Part shown: positions 55,097 to 60,026 of the stretch, in pieces | Numbering within the stretch: position 1 is the first letter of the stretch | Layout: each line of letters opens with the position of its first letter | Virus record (IMG/VR): IMGVR_UViG_3300009448_000013 | Location: 1 to 60,026 of that record | Direction: 5' to 3' (one strand) | Length of the DNA stretch: 60,026 nucleotides | Origin: a virus | Lineage: Duplodnaviria; Caudoviricetes | Position numbers and translations under genes: made by a program | The notes under the pieces: model-generated | What the model saw: the letters and a program-made list of their open reading frames with translations, nothing else | The model's database searches: none | Told to the model about the DNA's origin: nothing

Positions 55097-55651
55097 ATGA
55101 GCACGACGAACCAACCCGCCAAACCCGCCACCATTCACCCGTGGGAACGAGCCGGCCTCGGCCTCGCCCCGTTCCGCTGGCTCGGCTGCCGCGAGCTGCG
55201 CGGCCCGATCCGCATGGCCCAGCCCGACGGCACCGTGCTCGAGGTCGGCGCCCCCGGGCAGCCGATGGGCTCGTGCGCCTACTGCCTACAGGGGATCGCC
55301 GAGTGCCACTCGATCAAGTCGGCCGACGGCAAGGTGTTTATCGTCGGCTGCGATTGCGTCAAGCGGGTGTGCGGCGAGGGCGACGCGGTGCTGACCCGCG
55401 CCGAGACGGCCTCGCGCCGGCTCAGAAACGGCAAGGCACGCGCCCGCGCCGCCGCCAAGGCATCGGACGTGCAGGGCGAACTCGACGCGCTGCTCGCCGA
55501 CGAGACGGCCCGCGCGCAGCTCGCCGCCCTGCCTGGCCCCAAGTTCAGCACCCTGCTCGAGCACGCCGAGTGGATGAACCAGCGCGCCGGCGCCGCCGGC
55601 CGCCGCAAGGCGCTCGCCACCATCAAGGCCGCTCTCGGAGGGGCCGCCTGA
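55097..55651 (+). CDS. leaderless zinc-binding protein
   Basis: HPWERAGLG; CAYC...VGCDCV. Confidence 0.75.
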   Translation: MSTTNQPAKPATIHPWERAGLGLAPFRWLGCRELRGPIRMAQPDGTVLEVGAPGQPMGSCAYCLQGIAECHSIKSADGKVFIVGCDCVKRVCGEGDAVLTRAETASRRLRNGKARARAAAKASDVQGELDALLADETARAQLAALPGPKFSTLLEHAEWMNQRAGAAGRRKALATIKAALGGAA

Positions 55652-55977
55652 TGGCCCGCGACCTGAATGGCCCAGAGCACTGGCTCGCCTGGCTCCGCTC
55701 GTGCGCCAAGGCGGGCCGCCTCGACACGACGGTGCCGCTCGGCGCCATCACGGGCACCGACGCCCGGATCCTGCGCGTTATTGCGGGCCTTTGGTCCCTC
55801 TGTGGCTACCACGACGACGACCCGCTGCACGTGGCGTCGCTCGCCGCCATTCGCTCACTCTTGCCGAGCATGCAGCCCTCGACGCGTCCGTTCGCGCGCG
55901 AGCTGATTGCGCAGGCGCTCGACTGGCACGACCGCGATCGCTTGTGGCCGCTCGTTAGCGGTGAGCGTTCCATTTAG
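55651..55977 (+). CDS. hypothetical protein
   Basis: GGAGG RBS, TGATG coupling. Confidence 0.65.
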   Translation: MARDLNGPEHWLAWLRSCAKAGRLDTTVPLGAITGTDARILRVIAGLWSLCGYHDDDPLHVASLAAIRSLLPSMQPSTRPFARELIAQALDWHDRDRLWPLVSGERSI

Positions 55978-56189
55978 GAACTCCGCGGGCATCCCTCCCT
56001 GTGTCGAGGAACGGCTCGACGAGGCCCGAGCTTTAGGTAATTTTTACCGTTCAACGAGTCGTGCGAGAGCGCGTATTGCGCCCCGCAGCTCGCCCTCGAC
56101 CCGCTCGGCACCCTCGGGCTCTGCGCGCCCCGCCCCGGCGCCTATTGGCATGATTGCCAGTGGGTTAACGGGGTCTGCAGCTGACCCGG

Positions 56190-56750
56190 CTACGCGCGCG
56201 CCGAGCGGGGCGCCGCTGCGCGCCGCCTGGCCTCGGCGAGGTTGTGCTTTCGTAGCGTCGTGACGGCCATCGCGATCGCGTCGGCCTCGTGTGACGAGCA
56301 CTTTTGCACCCCGAACAGCTGCCGCACCCCGCTCTTGATCGCGCTCTTGTCGGCGCCCCGATTGCCCTTGCCGAGGAGGGCGACCTTGATGCTCTGCGGC
56401 GTGGCCCGGTAGCAGGGTACCGGCTCCTCGAGCGAGCAGCGAGCAGCGAACCGGATCATGCCGCACACGTCGTGCACCCAATGGCTGGCAAAGTTCACCT
56501 CTGCGGTGCCGTCGCGGCGTCGCGCCGCCTCGACGCCCGACTGATCCTCGTATCCGATGGCGTCCGGGCACCACCGGTTCATCACGCGATCGATGTTCGT
56601 TGCGATCACGTCGAGCCGCTCGTCGTACGTGTGCGCCGTGTTGCCGTCGCCGATGACGGCGTGATCGAGCACGCGCGACCGCGCAGGGCTCAACTCGATC
56701 ACGCCGTAGGCCAGGTAAACGACGCCCGGATCCCACCCGCACACGATCAC
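56190..56750 (-). CDS. ruvC: RuvC-like Holliday junction resolvase
   Basis: GWDPG, IGYED, TPQSIK...GADK, HEADAIAMA. Confidence 0.88.
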   Translation of the reverse strand: MIVCGWDPGVVYLAYGVIELSPARSRVLDHAVIGDGNTAHTYDERLDVIATNIDRVMNRWCPDAIGYEDQSGVEAARRRDGTAEVNFASHWVHDVCGMIRFAARCSLEEPVPCYRATPQSIKVALLGKGNRGADKSAIKSGVRQLFGVQKCSSHEADAIAMAVTTLRKHNLAEARRRAAAPRSARA

Positions 56751-56970
56751 GAGGGCGCCTCGAACTGCTGCCGTTCCGAGATGGCTGGCTCGCTCACCTC
56801 GACGAGCTCGGCGGCGAACTCCTCGCAGGACACCCCGTCGTCCTCGACGCGCACCGCCGCGACGAACACCGTCACTTTGACGGCGCGATCGGTGATGCCC
56901 TCCCATTCGCGGCAGGCGACGCCGTTGAGCGTCACGAACCGCGGCGTGCTTTTGAGGGCACCCTCGACTC
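56747..56970 (-). CDS. small phage protein (start unresolved)
   Basis: STPRFVTLNGVACREWEGIT...; stop overlaps the ruvC GTG. Confidence 0.45.
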
Positions 56971-57519
56971 GTTGCGCAGGTCCCCACCGAGTTCCCACGG
57001 GTCGGGCTCGACGGCGACGACCGTGCCGTCGGGCAGCGTGATCGCGGGTTCGCCTGGCTCGGGGTAGCGTGCCGCCGGCGGCGAGCTCGGGTATTCCTCG
57101 ACGCGGGGCATGAGCACCGGCACCGAGGGGATCGCCGATCTGGCGGTCTGCGGCCGCTCGTCGCTCACGCCGGCGGGCGGCGGCGGCGATTCGGTGGGCC
57201 TGTCGTCCTCGGCTGCAGCGGCGACGAGCTCGCTGGCAATGTCGCCGACCAGGCCGCCACGGCTGCTCGCGTCGGCGTGCACGTCGATGGCCTCTTGCAG
57301 CGCTCGCCGCAAGTGCTCTTGCTCGGGGTCGCTGCCGAGCGCGTCGAGCACCCACCGAACGATCGTCGGCGGCGCGTCGCCGATGGTGGCGAGCACGTCG
57401 ATTTGAAAGTTCGCGTTCGAGCGCGCGTGCTCTCGGTCGCGCCTCTCGGCGATCCGGGCGAGCTTACCGTGCAGCAGCTTTGCCGCATGGTAAGCGTCGC
57501 CCTTTACGCGCGCGCTCAT
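56932..57519 (-). CDS. hypothetical protein
   Basis: TAATG coupling; MSARVKGDAY... Confidence 0.6.
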   Translation of the reverse strand: MSARVKGDAYHAAKLLHGKLARIAERRDREHARSNANFQIDVLATIGDAPPTIVRWVLDALGSDPEQEHLRRALQEAIDVHADASSRGGLVGDIASELVAAAAEDDRPTESPPPPAGVSDERPQTARSAIPSVPVLMPRVEEYPSSPPAARYPEPGEPAITLPDGTVVAVEPDPWELGGDLRNESRVPSKARRGS

Positions 57520-58193
57520 TAGGCCGTCGCCTCGCTCGCGTCGTTCGCGGCGACGCCCTCGCGATGGCCGCCGCCGACGGGCGTGAAGTTCATCGCCTGC
57601 TGCGCGTCGACGTTCGCCTCGTGCGTGTCGACCTCGTCGGCGAGCTGCGAGATCTGAGTTTCGAGCAGCTTGAGCTCGCCGTTGTATTTCTCGACTGCCG
57701 CGTTTTTCTTGCTCATGACGTCCTCGCGTTTTTTGATCGCGCTCGCGAGGTCGTCGCACCGCCCCTTCCACTGCTCGCCGTCGAGCTTGACCCGCACGAG
57801 TCCCGTGCCCTCGTCGGTTGTGCCTGCTCGTTTCTCCCTGCCCTTTTTTCGTGCTGCCATGGTGCCTCGTTGTTTGGTTGTGTCCGGCGCCGGTGCGCCA
57901 GTGGAGACCTCGCCCTCGAATAGGTCGGCGTGCAATCGGTATCCGCCCCCGGGCAGCGACTCGACGCGCCCGTCGGTGTGCAGGCGCAAGAGCGCCTCGA
58001 ACACCTCGTCGCTCGTGTAACCGCCGTCGGGCGCGCCGTGCTCCTCGCACAGCTTGGCGAGCTTGAGAGGGCTCGTGATCACGTCGTGCACGAGGCCCCT
58101 TGGCGCGAACCCGAGCGCGTCGCGCGTGAGCTGCCGCAGCGTGTACCACACGGTACTGACGACCTCGTCGGGCGTATCGCGTCGCTCGGTCAT
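57519..58193 (-). CDS. winged-helix plus coiled-coil protein; probable second in-frame start at 57860
   Basis: ATGA coupling; internal GAGG-spaced ATG (MAARKK...). Confidence 0.65.
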   Translation of the reverse strand: MTERRDTPDEVVSTVWYTLRQLTRDALGFAPRGLVHDVITSPLKLAKLCEEHGAPDGGYTSDEVFEALLRLHTDGRVESLPGGGYRLHADLFEGEVSTGAPAPDTTKQRGTMAARKKGREKRAGTTDEGTGLVRVKLDGEQWKGRCDDLASAIKKREDVMSKKNAAVEKYNGELKLLETQISQLADEVDTHEANVDAQQAMNFTPVGGGHREGVAANDASEATA

Positions 58194-58888
58194 GGCGTCG
58201 GATCCTTACGCGGTGGCGCTGGCTTTGACGGCGGCTTTTCGTGGCAATCGACGAACAGCATCGGCATGCCGGTGTGCTGCGAGGTGCACCGCCGCACGCC
58301 CGCCGCCGACAGGTGTTTTGTGAGCTGCGGCTGCGTTAGCCCGCTCGTGACGATGGTAGGCCGACGCCCGTGGTAGCGCGCTTGCAGGACCGGGAACACC
58401 GCGCCCTCGAGCGTCTCGATGCCGACGTCGTCGAGCACGAGCAGGCCGCATGAGGTCGAGCGCGCGAGCAGCTCCGGCACGCCGGCGCCGAGGGGGTGCC
58501 GGGGGTTTGCCATCGCGATGTCGCTCGCGTCGGTCCAGCACAGATCGGTGGCGACCTCGAAACGCTGCCCGCCCGATTGGACGAACGTCGCGAGCGCCCG
58601 TCGCACCAAAATCGACGCGGACACACTCTTGCCGCAGCCGGTCGGGCCGAGGAACACCGCCGAAACGGTCTCGCTCGAATTCACTTTTTGCCGCAGCTTT
58701 GGAGCGATCACCGCCATCAGGTCGAGCACGGGCGTCGAGCGGAATAGTTCGGGAACGAGCTTCCAGGCGCCGGCGGCTTTCGCGCGCAACTCGGAGTCGA
58801 GCCGCTGCGCCCGCTCGGCCCGTTCGGCCGCGTCGACGGCGGCGCTGTCGACGAACACGGGCTCGGTGGCAAAAAGCGATTCAGCCAT
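58190..58888 (-). CDS. DnaC/IstB-like helicase loader ATPase
   Basis: GPTGCGKS, LLVLDDVG, RY..RRPTIVTSGL. Confidence 0.85.
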   Translation of the reverse strand: MAESLFATEPVFVDSAAVDAAERAERAQRLDSELRAKAAGAWKLVPELFRSTPVLDLMAVIAPKLRQKVNSSETVSAVFLGPTGCGKSVSASILVRRALATFVQSGGQRFEVATDLCWTDASDIAMANPRHPLGAGVPELLARSTSCGLLVLDDVGIETLEGAVFPVLQARYHGRRPTIVTSGLTQPQLTKHLSAAGVRRCTSQHTGMPMLFVDCHEKPPSKPAPPRKDPTP

Positions 58889-59783
58889 TGGCCGCCTCGT
58901 CGTCGTCCTCGTCGTCGTCCTCGCCGAGCGATTCCCACCCGGTGCGCCCCGCGTCCGGCTGCAGCTTGGTCGCCCCGCGTGGCCCGGGCCCGGCTCGCCG
59001 CGACCCCTTGAACGCCTCGGTCTGCGCCATCGTGCGAGCCTTGATGAGCCACGCCGAAAAGCGTTTTGGCCAATCGCTGTACGGGCGCTCGAACTCGTGC
59101 AGCCGAAACCGCTCGGCCTCGGCCTCGACGTCGAGACCGAGCTCGAGCGCGCGAGCGCGGTGCGTTTCGTTCGGTGTGAAATCCTCGGGTGCAAAGTGTG
59201 TGCGCGCGCCCGGCGGGCGCGTAACGACGACCTCGCTGTCGCGCTCGCGCGCGGGAGTCTTGGATCTACCTCCACTGGTAGGGGGGGCATTTAGATCTAG
59301 ATCTAGATCTAGATCTGCGCGTGACATACGTAACGGGTGACGTTTTCCGTCGTCGTCGCGTAACGGGTGACGGTCGTTATGCTCGTCGTCACGTGGGGCG
59401 ACGCTCGCGACGTCGCCGCGCTTTTGCTTGTCGCGGTAGCGCTTTTGACGTTCCGCCTGTTTTTGTGCTGCCGGCGTGCGCATGTCCCGATATTTGGAGT
59501 GATTCAAAACGAACCACCCGCCCGGGATTTCAGTCAGCCGTCGGCCCTCGTGCTCTTTGGTCCGGCTGTATTTGTCCGGCGCCATGAACGTCGCGAGAGC
59601 TTCCTCGCACTCCTCGATGCTCACCCCGGCCGTCGACGCGAGCCCGGGAACCGACCCCTCAACTCGCCCGTCGCTATCTGCGAGAATGAGCAGTGTCACC
59701 CACACGAGCTTGGTGTGCGCGGGCTGGCCCGCCCATACCGTCGATCGGATTATCGACCCGTAAATCTTGACGAAATGATTCAA
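58881..59783 (-). CDS. replication initiator (replisome organizer)
   Basis: HTH N-terminus, AERQKRYRDK, low-complexity linker, DW...FSAW C-domain; directly upstream of the loader. Confidence 0.75.
   Translation of the reverse strand: MNHFVKIYGSIIRSTVWAGQPAHTKLVWVTLLILADSDGRVEGSVPGLASTAGVSIEECEEALATFMAPDKYSRTKEHEGRRLTEIPGGWFVLNHSKYRDMRTPAAQKQAERQKRYRDKQKRGDVASVAPRDDEHNDRHPLRDDDGKRHPLRMSRADLDLDLDLNAPPTSGGRSKTPARERDSEVVVTRPPGARTHFAPEDFTPNETHRARALELGLDVEAEAERFRLHEFERPYSDWPKRFSAWLIKARTMAQTEAFKGSRRAGPGPRGATKLQPDAGRTGWESLGEDDDEDDDEAANG
59292..59372. repeat. putative replication origin repeats inside rep
   Basis: (TAGATC)4T at 59292-59316; 14-bp direct repeat CGTAACGGGTGACG at 59329 and 59359. Confidence 0.65.
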
Positions 59784-59973
59784 GTCGCCCGCCTGCCCTC
59801 TCGTGCCGCCCCAGACTGAACTGATGTGTGTGGCATTTCAGAAATGGACGTGTCAACGTACCCCAGCGTAACCATCGCATAACGGTACTACGATCTGGCA
59901 CGTTGTGCTATGGCTGGTGACGTCGTGGCAGATTGCAACACTGTGGACCCGATAGCGTCACACCGGAGGGACA
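59784..59973. promoter_or_regulatory. divergent promoter region
   Basis: Lower-GC non-coding gap between the leftward replication operon and the rightward early operon. Confidence 0.55.
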
Positions 59974-60026
59974 ATGCCGACACCCACTGACTCCCGATTC
60001 AGAACAGCCGAGGCCGCGCTGCGCCA
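59974..60026 (+). CDS. 5' part of the junction-spanning ORF
   Basis: GGAGG RBS, MPTPTDSRFRTAEAALR. Confidence 0.7.
   Translation, partial: MPTPTDSRFRTAEAALR

Noticed and set aside
52300-55100. CRISPR array or integron-like attC array
   Set aside because: The repeats are bipartite with a variable core and are separated by whole genes of 150-900 bp; no cas or integrase gene and no attC structure.
59890-59935. Sigma54 promoter TGGCACG...TGCT
   Set aside because: GG-to-GC spacing is 8 nt rather than the required 10.

Overview
The window looks like a complete circular genome of a high-GC myovirus. The last 12 nt repeat the first 12 nt, and an ORF reads in frame across the join. The virion module (~9.2-50.5 kb) is Mu-like: terminase, DUF935 portal, MuF, protease/scaffold, capsid, sheath, tube, tape measure, baseplate, fibres and lysis genes. 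No transposase or integrase is visible. DNA metabolism relies on YqaJ/RecT, an SMC-like ATPase, RuvC, a Rep protein with a putative internal origin and a DnaC-like loader. A myxobacterial host is an inference only. Main unusual observations: (1) an apparent ~42 kb inversion that splits a DNA methyltransferase and a second gene; (2) a dispersed and locally tandem GTCGC-N12-GCGAC palindrome family; (3) ten copies of a sigma28-like promoter driving leaderless cassette genes and one candidate ncRNA; (4) a -1 frameshift signal that adds a GDPD-like enzyme plus LamG domain to a tail-fibre protein, next to a secreted paralogue; (5) a MuF-GNAT fusion; (6) a non-canonical tRNA-Trp and other structured intergenic elements in the tail operon. 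All family calls come from motif recognition by eye; no searches were run.
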